This document shows, piece after piece, positions 13,902 to 27,241 of a DNA stretch of 64,000 bases. The position numbers and the translations under genes are program-made. Where the stretch lies: the NCBI RefSeq assembly GCF_009834535.1, contig NC_045696.1:119290001-119354000 (forward strand), written 5' to 3'. This DNA comes from Camelus ferus. Lineage: Eukaryota. Within the stretch, counting starts at the first letter, position 1; each line of letters opens with the position of its first letter. The notes under the pieces are model-generated. The model saw only the letters and a program-made list of their open reading frames with translations, did not search any database and was not told where the DNA came from.

Positions 13902-14144
13902 CTTAAACAGGAGCTCGCTGGTGTTTTTCGCGCTGTAGAAGAGTGTGACCGTCCCCATCTCATACCCGCTTCCTTTGTCGGCCCGTTCTCTGTGGAGATC
14001 GGCTGAGTGCCGCAGGATGGAAAGCAGAGGGTTGATTCCGACTCCCCCTGCGATCAACACCAGGTTCCTAGAGGCGTCCGCAGGCTGAGGGTCAAAGAAG
14101 AACTCTCCACCCACTCTCACGGCCACTTCAGAGCCAAGTGCACA
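13902..14144 (-). CDS. OXNAD1: OXNAD1 coding exon 5 ([19 protein letters not shown]...[17 protein letters not shown]...[14 protein letters not shown])
   Basis: Overlaps ORF 13875..14126; NAD-binding AGGxGIxP motif of the FNR/cytochrome b5 reductase family; CTCAG acceptor, AAG|GTAAAG donor; 243 nt. Confidence 0.97.
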
Positions 14145-14834
14145 CTGAGGCAGGAGAGAAAAGCACCTTTAATCCTTGGCGGCAAAGGTCTTTAACCAAA
14201 TGTTCTTCCTTAGTAAAACCAAGTGCGTCTGCCCCCTACATTTTCATCAGTTTTAGGACCATCTTTACAGCTTGCTCTCAATCTCCCGAGGGCACTGAGG
14301 GTTGATTCCAGCTGTCCATTACACAGGGCCAATTCCCCTCCGACCCCCGCCTTTGGGATGCCAACTGCACAGCCAATTCTGGTATCGAGAAAAGGAGACT
14401 CACTTCTGTAACTCTACCATTTGTTAACTTCAGGTGATGAACTGGGCTGTGGACAGAGGCACTGGACTCAGAGGACAGCCTGAGAGTCTGAGTTTCCTTG
14501 GGTGAGCAGCTGGTGCTCCTGTGCTCTGAGGAAAGCCTGAGAGCTGAGAGTCAGGATGGGGTGGGTGACACCACACTGTGGCTGCCCCGGGCTCATCAGG
14601 GCAGAGGGGTGTAGGGACCAGGCGCTTCCTCCTGGCCATCAGCAGGCAGAGCCCAGCCTGCCCCACAGGCTGTGGCTGGCACTGTGGCACTGCTCAGTAC
14701 TGTCGGCTTCTCCCTGGAGCAGAAGAGGCAGCCAGAGGTTTCACACTAGGGGGTGAGGACCAGACACCCATCCAGAAAAAGCAGCTCTTACTGGTGAGGT
14801 CACTTACACCAGAAATACCACCAGTATGGAAAGC

Positions 14835-14990
14835 ACTGGTTCTCCATGGGGGCGACACTGCCTGTGAGGGGGTGCTTTGGAAATTCATGGTGACACTTCT
14901 CTAATGTCACAATGATTTGGGGAGCCCAGCTGGCAAGAGAGGGCAGGTCCAGAGACACCAGATGTCCTGTGAAGTCAGTGATGTCCCGAA
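14835..14990. mobile_element. MER20-like hAT DNA transposon remnant
   Basis: ctggttctcc...ggggcgac...tgtcacaatgatttgggg pattern recalled from the MER20 family; degraded. Confidence 0.4.
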
Positions 14991-17296
14991 GCTGGCTCCT
15001 ACTCAGAGGATGGTTAAAATCCACAGGAATTTTGTGAGCCAGTTTCTACTGGGAGTTTGGTGCCAGCCATTGTGGGAGCAAATGGGGGCTTTTTTTTTGA
15101 CTTGGAGAGCTCGTCTGGCCGTGCACCATTACCTTCGGAACGACCCATGGGACATAAACGGAGCTGAAAACTGGTTTGCGAAGATCTGAGACTAGACCCT
15201 AACTCACTTAACGAAAAAACTGAAAGTACTGTTGACGTGCAGCTAACATAGCCTGAATTTTCCAGAAGGTCACCACTACGTAGACCGTACTTGGTTGTGT
15301 CCAGAATTTTACCCCCACGCATGCCCTGTTCCAGAAACCACGTCCAGTATGCAGCACGCATGCGTGGTCCTGCTGCCTCCACACACCTGCGCTGTCTGCA
15401 TCCCTACACCGTGTATTCAGTGACCCTGAGCAGAGGAACAGCCACCTGACTACCTCACTCTGTCTTCTGGTTTACACACGCCCCACCATCTACACACTGA
15501 AGTACAGCCTTTGATTATGGGGCACTGTCCTTTATTCTTCCTTTGTATTATACTCACAGAATTATGTTTTTTTTAAAACTGTGTCAATTACATTAACTTT
15601 GAGTTTCATTTCAGAAATGAAAGGGGGCAGTGGCTCTGGCAGCATTGAGACCCTTTAGTTTGGAGAAAAGCACACTGATCTAGAAGCCAGAAGACATTTT
15701 CATCCCAGCCCCTAAGAAATCAGTAAGTCCCTTCATTCCTCTGAGCCTCTGCTGCCACATCTGGAAAATGGGCTGCAGTCCGTGTCCTATTCACCCCCAG
15801 GGCTGGGGTGGGCCCACGTTGGGGGGAAACACCTGCTGGCATCAAGCTCTACCTGAAGGGTATTTAAGTCATCACCGAAAAACAAACTCGAGGATTGAAG
15901 AAATTTCTACAAAAAGGGTAAGTTTGTTCCATTATGCGTTCCTGGCATAAATTAACAGAAGGAACTCCCTCCAGAGGGGTAATAACACATGTGCTTTCTG
16001 AAGACCAATCCTGAGCACTTAGGCCTGGAGCCTCGCATGACAGGTGAGCAGTAAGTACTTTTTGACATGAATTTAATTTGAGGGCTCTACAAACTTAGAG
16101 TTAATTTTAGAGAAAATCTAAGAAAAAAGGGAAATTATTTGAATTCACGGAACAGGTCCTTTTGGGTAAAGAACTGTTAAATGAATGGAACACCTTCCTC
16201 TGAGGGGAAAAAAACCCCATCTGAACTCAACTGTTTTAAATATGTAGGAGAGTTTCACACGAAGGATGGTTAAGTGGGTTTTCATTTCTGACAAAATACA
16301 TTAGCACCAAGGGAGCCTTCTGTTAGGAATAACTAAAAACTAGGACTCACCACACGGGCTATACTATACCAGAGTGGTTTAATACACTCCACCCTTTCAA
16401 GTCTGGAAAACAGAAATCTTGTGGTCCGGGAAGCTCTGCCGAATGATGAGATGGGATTTAATCTCTCTACCCCTGTCCTCTTCTTCTTTGCCTGTATATT
16501 TCTCTCTTTATCTCTAAGAATCTCAGCGTGAGAGAGGCTAAGAAACGAGAGAGAAAATAATTCTCTCCAGTGGTTGTGTTAGCACGCTTAGTAATGACAA
16601 CAAACACTTTAGGTTATTGTTTTTAGAAACCAGAGTATTTTCGACCCTAAAGTTTGGCAAGAAAATGGGCCCCCGGGGAAAGATAACACTCAAGAAGCCT
16701 GTTGTCTCCTTAGTGACAAAATAATCTTCCATAGATCTCTCTCCTAATTTGCTAGCATCTGGTAAGAATCAAAAGCCATCTTTGTCTTTTGTTGATCAAT
16801 AAAAACTGCCAGGGTAGCGTGAACACAAGACTCAGAGTACCGGACAGTATAAAATGGAAGTGAGGAAAGGGACACTGACCATCAATTACACAGCGATGTA
16901 TCTGATTTGAGTATAGATTTTCCCTGGGAAATCAACAGCTTTTCCAAAGCCACTGGAGCCCCGGCACACAATAGCTGCCTAGAACCCTTTACCCTGCCAG
17001 GAGCTTGAGCCAAGGCAGATAAAAGGAAGGAAGACATTTAAGGCACTTTATTCTCCATCCCAACAGAGTGGCCTGCTGCCACATAGACACTCACATGCCT
17101 TTATTGTCCACTCTAATAGCTTAATAAGGCAAATCCCCAGAAGGAAAACAGCCAAGTAAGAATGGTTCGAAGAAAAATTTGACTCCATAAGGCTGCATGC
17201 AACTCCCCCTGAGCAGAGTGGAGCAGGCACTACAATTAGGATGTGCATTCAAGCAATGCCACTTGGAGATTTCCTACAGCCTCTCAGAGTAAGTTC

Positions 17297-20200
17297 TGCA
17301 ACCCAGCAGGACCCTGGGGGCCCTTCCTGGGACAGACCCCTCCCCCATGTCCTCTGCTGCAGCTCCTCTCTGAAGGACCCAGGTAATAGTATATCATGAC
17401 TATTTCCTGCGTTTTTCAGATGCTGAAAACCACCACCAGGTGGGAGAAATTAACATGATGATCAAGAGCACATGACCCCAGACCAGGCACCTAAGGACTG
17501 ACCATTATCGACCAATCAGAACTGTGCACAGCTGGTCACAGACCCTGGGATGCCCTTCCTCAACAGAGCCTTTAAAAGGTCTCAGCTGGAACTGTTGGTG
17601 GGGGCGGTTAGGGTTTTGGGCACAAGCCACCCATTCTCCTTGCTCGGCCCAGCAGTGAATGTTTCTCTGCTGCAAACTCCAGCATTTCGGTTTGTTTGGC
17701 CTCACCATGCATGGGGCACATGGACTCATGTTCAGGCAGTTTCGGGGAAGCCAGTGGGGAGCCTGAGCCTAGGGAGGGTCGGCCCCGGCCGAGGGCAGCT
17801 CCTTCCCTGGGTCTCAGTAGAGGCAGGAGCTCACTTTGCTCCGGGAACCAGGAGGGACTCTCACTGAGTTCAAGTCTGCCTTGGGACGAGGCTGTTTGGA
17901 GCCAAGAACCGTCTGGAACTGCATCCACACTCAGTGTCTCCGGGGGTGAGTGTCTCCAGCTCGCACAGGGCCGGGAACCCTCCCCACTCTGTCTGGGCTC
18001 GGTCCCTCCGCTAAGGGAGCTGCCCCGGGCTCATCGTGAGCCCCTCCGGGTCCCTGGCCCTCTGAGAGCCGGGCCCACCCGTCTGGAGGCCTCGTCTGGG
18101 GGTGGAAGTGGAATTTTTAGGCGACACTTCCCCTCTTATCTGTGTGACCAAACCTTATCTGCTGTTTGTGTGTGTGTGTCTGGTTTTGGGGTGAGCCACT
18201 CCGGCTGTGCAGGATGGAAGATTCTCCCTGCTTCACCCGGGCTCCTTCCCTCCTGGAAAGTGGGTCATTCTGGGCTCACTGGGAGCCCCGCTGGGTCCGT
18301 TCTCTTTCGGGAGCAGGGCCACTGTGGAGCCTCTGTCTGGGAGAGGAAGTGGAATTGGGGGGCTACATCTCATCTGAGCTTCTGTTTACGGCAACATGTT
18401 TGGGGTGTGTGTGTCAGCACTTGCACTGGCCGGTTGAGATGTCTTTAAGTATCTGGCTCATGTGTGTCCTCCCTCTTGCGTTGGCCTCGCCTGGGGCAGA
18501 GCATCCATCGGGATGTTCCCTTTTTAGCCTTGGTCTTTCATTCAGCTTCGTCTCTGATGGGGCACTGGTCAGGAGTTTCCCTTTTTGGGTCTAAGGAACT
18601 GTGACCCTGAGAGACCGTTTTGAACTATTGTTTGCTTGAGGTCTGATAACATCAGTGAATAATGAGGATGAATGATCAGAGCTCTGTTCCACCTTATATT
18701 CCCTAAGGCTGTATTTTACAAAACTGGTAGATCTTCAGTTATGCTCTCATAAATGAAAGAAAAAAAATTTTTTAATTTAACTGTGTGGGCTCAGGACTCC
18801 CTGAGATCTGGAGAACAGTGGCCCTAGTGGCTCCGCTGTTACAGCAAAGTGGGCGGCTTGCAGTTTGGCTTTTACCTTGAGTGTGAGTGTATGTACGTGA
18901 GAGAGAGAGTGTGTGAGCGAGTGAGGAGGTTTCGGTACCTGAGTTCAAATCCTGTTCTCTCCCTGGTTTTGCATGTGAGTGTGAGAGTGTGGTTATATCT
19001 ATGTAACTACATCTATATAGATATAGTCTACTACTGTTATTTCTTTAAACTGAAGTGGATATTTGGGAACTGGAAAAAAAAAATCCCCAAAGATAGCCAA
19101 GGTGGTGGGGTTTTGTAAAAGGGTTTTGCATTTCTCTTCCTATGCCTTTGAGATGTAATGATTTACCTGGGCTCTCAAGGAAAGAGGGTTTTTTGAACTC
19201 AGGTGGAAAAACTATGAGATCTCTGGTTCTGTCTTCACTTAAAGAAAATAACTTGTGAATGAGCTCTATTTAATTGACTTAAGAGTATTTAATTAGTAAA
19301 CACTTTTAAGTACAGAAGCAGCTAGACAACAAATTAAAGGCTCATGTGACCTAGGAAATATTTAATATTGCACTGACACCTGATATTAGAACTAGCTTAG
19401 GCTTGTTGATATGATCAGTACAGACATGTCTCTTGCGGTAACTAGGGTTACTGAAGGTCAGTAAGTTCACGTTTCTGATGCAGAGTTCGTCAGCAGAAAG
19501 AAATGACCAACTTGGTATGATGAAATTATTACAGGTGAAATTAAATGCAAAAGATTTAAGAGCTTTGGGTGAACTCCTTAGAAATGGTTATGTTTTAGAC
19601 ATGTCTACTTAAAAATGATCTCTCCAAGACATCTGGTAACTTGAAATTTTAGAGTTGTGCTAAATTAAGTTAAATGATGGAAGTTTATCAAATAGTTGAA
19701 TACGTCATTCCCGACCAAAGTAAGACGCTGAGACATTCACTAGAAATTAAGATTTTTAAGAGTTGAGGATTCAAATTTAAATATGTAATGAAAGCTACTG
19801 AAAATAATGGAGAAAACATTTCAGTATACAGTAGGAAAGTAGGATATATATTTTGACTAAGAAACTGAGGAATGGAGTTGCATTTTGTTGAGGGAAAAGA
19901 AAGTGATGTGGTTGTTTCTAGATGGGGGAAAAAATAAGGGACAAACTAATATGGATACAGAAAGTTGTGGAAAGGGGGCCCTAAAAAAGCAGTTCTGTGC
20001 ATGGTCAGGCTGAGATTGGATTAAACTTAATTAGATAAACGGATTTTGTTATTAAAAGTAGGCTGGTGCAGGACTAGATCTGGTTCCTCTGTAAGAGAAC
20101 AAGTTTACTTAGAATGCCTCTGATAACAAATGTGTGTAACTTTTTGATTATTTTGACAAACTTCCTATCAAATTCTAATTAACGTTCTTTTGACTTCAGC

Positions 20201-22467
20201 TAACTTTGGGATGCTTCAAAGAGCCCCTGAGGCATCTCAGAGAAAAATAATTAAACTAACTAGGATTGACTGGTATGTTAAATTACATGGGAAGCGTTAT
20301 CAAATGAGTGATAAGCCTCCTCAGATTATACGGTATGGATAAATGCTATTAATATAGATATGTGAGAAATTACACAGAGTTTCTGAAGTTTGGATGTGTC
20401 CTGGCATAATGCTGTAAGTCATAATTCTGGCTGTTATCTTAGAATGTTGTATGCCACGGCAACTTGATTAAGTTCTTTGTCAAAAACACTGTAATCAGAT
20501 CTTTCACCTTGCCTTTTTCTGTCTTTCATCACTCACAGTTAAGCAGGTGCTTTGCGAAACTGCTTCATCTTCAAGAAGATTCATAAAAGGGACTCTGACA
20601 AGTACAGGTCTCTCTTCAATCATATTGCTGAGCTCGGTAAGAGACTTTCAAAGTCTAAGGAAAACTCTGATTTCATAAAACTTAGTAAATGGATTAATTA
20701 CGTAAGACTGAGTGAACTGATGAATACAGTTATAATTACCCGGTTGTCTGAAATACTATTGGCTTTTGATCTTTTTTTTTTAATTAAACTGTTCACCAGA
20801 TGTTTGTCTCCCTATCAATATTGCCCCCAATGTTTAGGACAGAAAGAGAACTGTCTACTGGAGCTGTCATAGACGGTAACTACTCATGACGTGTACCACT
20901 GCGTGCTTTAAGTCTGCTGCTAAAAGCACATGTACGATGCTTGTGTGACAACTGGGTGTAAGTGATAAAATGTATGGCCTGTAAAGGGTTTGCCTGTTAA
21001 CATACCTCTGAGCCTGTTCACCTTATCTGGTTTGTTTTCCCCCAACATGGATAACCAGGCAAATGTAACGGAGGCCCGGCACCGAGGGACATTATCTGGA
21101 CCTGGGACAGGAGCCATCACTTCAGCTTCAAGGGACAGATATTTTGATCATCAGTGCTTTCTACTGAAAGATTAGTAATCGAAAGAGGAAACAAACGGGG
21201 AAGTCTGCACATACAGAGGTATGAGGAAGTCATTCTGGCTTATGCATGGTTTGACTTAAACTTTGCTGACCAAAGTGGCCTGTTTTCACGGCCTTTTGGA
21301 CAGGCACTGCACACCTGCTTTGGCCTTGAGGAGGGGCCTGCACTTGAAAGTCAGAAATGGAGTAGCTGTGGTTCAGACCTCTGAGGTAAACCTAGGTGGC
21401 CACTGTGGGTGATCTCAGACACGTTCCTGTATTGTTGAGAACTCGAAATCTCTGAGCTGTGTCAGACTCAGGATGCCACCAGCCATTCTCAAAGCAGTGT
21501 CTGCTGGCAGGTGGCAGCTGCAACCTTACGACCTCAAGGTCTCCTCTTATAACTACTAAATTTTCAGACAATAAAATTGCTTTAGATCAGATGTTAGCAG
21601 AAAAAAGGAGACACGCACAGTGGCCAACAGCTCTTGTTATGCCTATGTTAGTACATCAAAAGTTAAAAGCTACTCAAATAAAAGTAGACAACTGGTTACC
21701 TGGCTTCCAAGTGCCAGGTCCAGACTGGTCTTCAGGCTTATTCTCCTGAATTCCTCAGGGAATGAGCTTAATCATACAAGGCTCGGATCCCGGACTTGGA
21801 ACTTGGGGATATTTCCAATTTGGTACCCACTCCCCAATCAAGGTAGGACTGCACCCAGTTTCAGCAGGAAGTAGCCAGAGCAGTCGTTACCCGGTCCCCT
21901 GACAGATCAGGGGAGGATGGAACAGGATTCGAGGTTGAAAGCGAGTGCCTCTGCCGAGCTGATGACGAACCTATCCAAAACATCACTCCCCTTCCTGCCC
22001 CTCACCTGTTCGCCTTAAGACCGAGAGGGCTCCAGGAAAAGGGGGACCTGTGACCAAATGTGACAGGATACCTGGGTGCCTTCCCAGGACAGGCCCTTCC
22101 CCCACATCCTCTGCTGCAGCTCCTCCCTGAAGGACTCAGATAATAGCATCTCATGGGTATTGCCTTAAGGCTTTCAGATGCTAAAACCACCACCAAAGGG
22201 AAGATATTAACTACATGATGATCGTGAGACCCCGGACCTTCTGGCGCCTAAGGGCTGAGCACTATCAATCAGGGAACTGTGCGAAGCTGATCATAGACCC
22301 CGGGACGCCCCTCCTCACCTGGCCTTTAAAAAGGCTCAGCTAGAATCCTACGAGGGAGCTTGGGGTGTCTGGGGCACGAGCTACCCGTTCGCCTTCCTCT
22401 GCTCCAAACTCCAATGTTTCGGTTTGGCCTCACGGTGCGTGGGGCCTCGACCCTGCATTCAGTAATA
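17297..22467 (+). mobile_element. Decayed non-autonomous class I ERV (ERV-A): 5' LTR 17297-17738, AT-rich internal region, 3' LTR 22049-22467
   Basis: Two colinear diverged LTRs (shared tcctctgctgcagctcctc, ttcagatgct..aaaccaccacca, cctttaaaa, caaactcca..tttcggttt); polypurine tract aggaaaagggggacc before the 3' LTR; possible 4-bp TSD GTTC/GCTC. Confidence 0.85.
21567..21710 (+). pseudogene. env: ERV env transmembrane-subunit remnant (immunosuppressive domain and degenerate CX6CC)
   Basis: DNKIALDQMLAEK (ORF 21459..21749), then after a frameshift VANSSCYAYVSTS (ORF 21620..21874); matches the gamma-type TM pattern xNRxALDxLLAExGGxCxxxxxxCCxYxNxS. Confidence 0.8.
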
Positions 22468-23218
22468 GCTCCCTCACTGACGTGCCAATGAGGCATGAAA
22501 CCAAGCAGGGCACTCTGGAGCAGGGCCAGGTCAACGGTCACACAGGCAGCTGACGACTGGAGGGGGCTCGTGGCACTAGGAGCTGGGCACATGGACCCCT
22601 TGCTGGTCCCACCTCTAGGGTAACACTTTGACTCAGGATGCAGCCTAGAGACAGTGATGGGCGGAAAATCCAAACAGCGTCTCGAGAGGAATGAGGCTGC
22701 TGAGACCACGCCAAAGGGAAGACGCAGAGGTCAGAGGGAAAAACGTGACAGGATACGTTTACAATGGAAATAATAAAGCAAGCAGCTGGAAATGTGTAAA
22801 CAGACACAACTCGACATGTAAACTATAAGAAGAATATATATTCTTTCCGCTGCTATAGATTCAGACATCCTTTACTGTTTAAGGTACCTTAAAGTAACAC
22901 TTATTTTGTTGTACAGTTCTGTGAATTTTAGCACAGACATAGGGAAGTGTACCTACCACCAAAATCAAGATACTGAACAGTCCCATCACCCCAAACTCCC
23001 ATGTGCCATCCCTTTCTGCTCACATCCCCCCACCCCCGCCCTAACCACTGATCTGTTTCCATCATCATATTTTTGTCTTCCAGATTGTGGCATAAATGGG
23101 ATTACAGAGAATATAGCCTTTGAGACTGGCTTCTTTCCCTCAGCAGAACACCACAGAGACTGGCCCACACTGCTGTGAGCATCCACAGTTCATCTCTTTT
23201 TACTGCTAAGTAACAACA

Positions 23219-23548
23219 CAGGCGGACCTGGGAGGTACTGCGTGTCTGGTTCCAGACCACTGAGATAAAGTAAGTCAAGTCAATCTTTTGGTTTCCCAGG
23301 TTCACATAAAAGTTCACACTGTACCGAAGTCTATTAAGTGTGCAATAATAGTGTTGTGTCTAAAATGAATATTATGGGCGCAATGTCTAAGAAGACAATA
23401 TACATACCTTAATTTAAAAAATACTTTGCTAAAAAAAATGCTAACAATCATCTGACATTGCAGGGTTGCCACAAACCTTCAGTTAAAAAAAAACTCATTT
23501 GTCTGCAAAGCGCACTGAAGTGAAGCACAGTACACACTGCGTGAGTGT
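23219..23548 (-). mobile_element. Internally deleted Tigger1 (Tigger1a-type MITE)
   Basis: Both Tigger1 ends recognisable: cagg..acct...ggttccagaccac...ctattaagtgtgcaata and gcagggttgccacaaaccttca...tctgcaaagcgc. Confidence 0.8.
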
Positions 23549-24474
23549 ATCACAGTTTTACCCAGTCACCCACTGAGTGACATTTGGGTTGTTTCTGGTT
23601 TTTGCCAATTACGAACAGAACCACTATAAACACTCACGTACAGGTTTTCAGAGAGCAGCTGTCTGACTTCTATAGTATGAGTACCTAGGAGTGGTACTGC
23701 TGGGTATCACGGTAAGTGTATACTGAATTTCCTAGGAAACTGCCAAAACATTTGCTAGAATGGCTGTGGTGTCCTGCACTCCTGTGGAAACATAAGCAGC
23801 GTCAGAGTTCCAGTTGCTGCACGTCCTTGGCAGCGCTTGGTGGTGTGGATATTTTTAATGTTGGTCAGCCTAACGGGTCTGCAGAGGTATTCCACTGTGT
23901 GTGGCTATAATCTGCAACTCCCTAATGACGTCGAGCACCGTTCCACTGCTTATTCGCTATCCTGATGTCCTTTCTCATGCAGTGTGTGTTCAGTCCCTTT
24001 GCCCCTTGTAAAACTGTGCTGTTTTCTTTTTGCTGACTTTTGAGAGTTCTTTATGTATTCTGGATACAAGTCCTTTGCTGGACATCTAATTTGCAAATAT
24101 TTTTCCTAGTCTATAGCTTGTTTTTAAAAATTCTGTTAACAGTGTATTTTGCAAAGTTTTGATTTTGATTAAGTCAAATACATAAACCATCCCTTTTATG
24201 GATCTTGCTTTGGGTGTCAGGTCTAAGGACTCTGCCTACCCTCCAGTTCAGAATATTTCTTTCCTATGCTTTCTTCTAAAACCTTTCTAGTTTCACATTT
24301 TATACTTACACCTACAACATATTTTGAGTTAACTTTGAATATAAAGTATGAGATCTAGGTCAAGGTTCTTTTTTTGCATATGAATAGACAATTGTTCCAG
24401 CATTATTTGTTGAAAAGGTTACTCTTTATCCATTGACTTTCTTTAGCATCTTTGTCAAAAATCAAAAGGCCAGC

Positions 24475-24563
24475 GGGGTGGGCAGAGCTCAGTGGTAGAG
24501 CACGTGCTTAGCATGCATGAGGTGCCGGCTTCCATCCCCCAGTACCTCCATTTGAAGAAAAAA
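24475..24563 (+). mobile_element. tRNA-derived SINE (camelid-type)
   Basis: A-box agctcagtggtagag, B-box-like region, A tail; TSD AAAAGGCCAG at 24464-24473 and 24564-24573. Confidence 0.9.
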
Positions 24564-25529
24564 AAAAGGCCAGTGGTGTGTCAGTCTATTTCCGAACTCT
24601 TTGTTCCATTGATCTACATTCTATCCTTTCATCAATACCACATTATTTTGATTCCTGCAGCTTTATTTTAATCTTAAATTTGAGTAACGTGATTCCTCCC
24701 ACTTTAGTCTCCTTTTTCAAAACTTTTTGCTATTCTAGCTCCTTTGCCCATCCACATAAATTTAAAAATCAGCTTATCTGTATCTACGGTATTTGTCCTG
24801 GTACATTCCTTTGTGGTAAAGGGGACAAGAAGGTGCCTGGGATGGGGTGGAGGTTATTGGCAAGTACAGAAGCACACGCTGGAAGCGAAGGGGATGGCAG
24901 TAAAAAGGGACAAGGGTCAAAAACTAAGAAGACAAGTAACTGATCTGTTCTGAGCTCATGTAGGGCTGTGCTGAGTCCCACAGGGAAGCATGAGTTGTCA
25001 GCAGCAAATGTGGACTCCTGCTCAGAATCACGTGTGAAGAGCTCTCTGGAGACTGAAACGGACAGGCAGTGGCACCACTCTCTGGGCATGAGAAGTAAGT
25101 AATCAGAGATCGTTCCCCCTCTAAATGATGACAGAATGATAGCTTAATTCCCTTTATGTAGGTGGATTAGGACAAAATAATCTGATTTATAGATATACCA
25201 TTTATAGGATATACAGAAAGCCAATTTTCAAAAACTTACATATAAAGCAAAATGTTTTAATCCTAAAGGAGGAAATCAACTGAATACTGTTTGGTGACCC
25301 AGAAGGTACTTCCAGGCCCCAGAGCATCTCTGCATCATCCTCAGTGCATCAAGAAGATCCTGATACTTTAACCTTTCTGGAGTCTGAGTTCTGGCTGCAC
25401 AAGAGTCCTCTGGGGGCATAAGCCCCATCACTCAAGCCTTTGTTCCTTAGGTGGATTAAGTGAGCTGAACACAGATTTTGTGGGAGGCAGAGAGCCCAGA
25501 TCTCCAAGTTTACACAGAGGCTTGCTCAC

Positions 25530-25671
25530 CTGATTGTGAACCCAGAGAGCAGGAGGGTGGTTCGTATACTTCACTGCCAAGTCTATCATTCTGTCTTGTT
25601 CTAGCAGTCTAGGGCTGGAGCATATGGAGAACCCACCAACCACAGATACTCCTGGGATGAAGAAATCAACC
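25530..25671 (-). CDS. OXNAD1: OXNAD1 coding exon 4 ([47 protein letters not shown])
   Basis: Inside ORF 25428..25826; TTGTAG|G acceptor, CAG|GTGAGC donor; 142 nt, in phase. Confidence 0.96.
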
Positions 25672-26195
25672 CTACAAAGAAAAGCAAATAAATTAAACTG
25701 TTGAAACAATTTTAAAGTCGGTAACAAAATAAACAAAACTGACAAACTTTTAGCTAGAGTGCCCAAGAAAAAAAGGAGAAAAGATGAAATTACTAAAATC
25801 AAGAATGAAATACGGGATGTTATCACCAGCCTTACAAAAAAAATACATACATATATATATAAAGGAAGTCTATGAACAACTGTAAGACCAAAATATTAGG
25901 TAACTTACATGAAATGAATGCATTCCTAGAAAAGCACAAACTACCCAACTGGATTCAAGAAGAAGAAAATCTGAACAGACCCATAACAAGTAAATGGATT
26001 GAATTAGTAATTTTTAAACCTCCCACAAAAAAAAGGATAAGTCCAGATGGTGAATTCTACCAAACACTTAAAGAAGAATTAATGCTAGTCGTTCAAATTC
26101 TTCCCCCAAAACTTTAGAACACTTCTTAACTCATTCTATTTCAGTATTACCCTATACCAAAACCAGACAAAGATATCACAAGAAAAGAAACCATT

Positions 26196-26900
26196 AATGA
26201 CAACCTACGGAATGGGAGAAAATATTTGCAAAAGATAAAACTGACAAAGGCTTGATCTCCAGAATATATAAACAGTTCATACGAATTAAAAAGAAAAAAA
26301 CAAACAACCCAATCCAAAAATGGGCAGAAGACCTAAACAAGCAATTCTCCAATGAAGACGAATGGCCAACAGGCAAATGAAAAAATGCTCAATGTCACTA
26401 ATTATCAGAGAAATGCAAATCAAAACTACACCAGACAGAAGGGCCATCATTCAAAAGTCCACAAATGATCAATGCTGGAGAGGGTGTGGAGAAAAGGGAA
26501 CCCTCCTACACTGCTGGTGGGAATGCAGTTTGGTACAGCCATTGTGGAAAACAGTATGGAGATTCCTCAAAAGACTAAAAATAGATTTACCATATGACCC
26601 AGCAATCCCACTCCTGAGCATATATCCAGAGGGAACCTTAATTCAAAAAGACACCTGCACCCCAATGTTCATAGCAGCACTATTTACAATAGCCAAGACA
26701 TGGAAACAACCTAAATGTCCACTGACAGATGGCTGGATAAAGAAGCTGTGGTATATTTATACAATGGAATACTACTCAGCCATAAAAAATGACAACATAA
26801 TGCCATTTACAGCAACATGGATGTCCCTGGAGAATATTATTCTAAGTGAAGAAAGCCAGAAAGAGAAAGAAAAATACCACATGATATCACTCATACGTGG

Positions 26901-26931
<31 letters not shown>

Positions 26932-27241
26932 GACAAATGAACTTAAACATAAAACAGAAGCAGACTCAGGCACAGAATACAAACTTATGGTTGCCAGGGG
27001 GGAAGAGGGTTGGGAAGGGACAGACTGGGAATTCGAGATTTGTAGATACTGACAGGTATATATAGAATACATGAACAAGTTTATACTGTATAGCCCAGGG
27101 AAATATATACAAGATCTTGTGGTAGCTCATGGTGAAAAAGAATATGAAAACGAATATGTGTACATTCATGTATGACTGAAAAATTGTGCTGTACATCAGA
27201 AATTGATACATTGTAAACTAACTCAATTAAAAAATGAGAAA
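26196..27241 (+). mobile_element. Young 5'-truncated L1 (ORF2 C-terminus and 3' UTR)
   Basis: ORF 26362..26940 encodes ORF2 C-terminal motifs ([34 protein letters not shown]); flanking AAAAGAAAC at 26183-26191 and 27242-27250. Confidence 0.9.

Larger units (their letters stand above)
22880..24790 (-). mobile_element. Old L1 (3' UTR to ORF2 end) interrupted by a Tigger1 derivative and a SINE
   Basis: Typical antisense L1 text, e.g. ctggatacaagtcctttg...ttgcaaatatttt and ttgttccagcattatttgttgaaaag. Confidence 0.8.

Noticed and set aside
17696..18448. 250-aa ORF downstream of the ERV-A 5' LTR as gag
   Set aside because: No matrix, capsid MHR or zinc-knuckle motif; it is GC-rich leader sequence starting inside the LTR.
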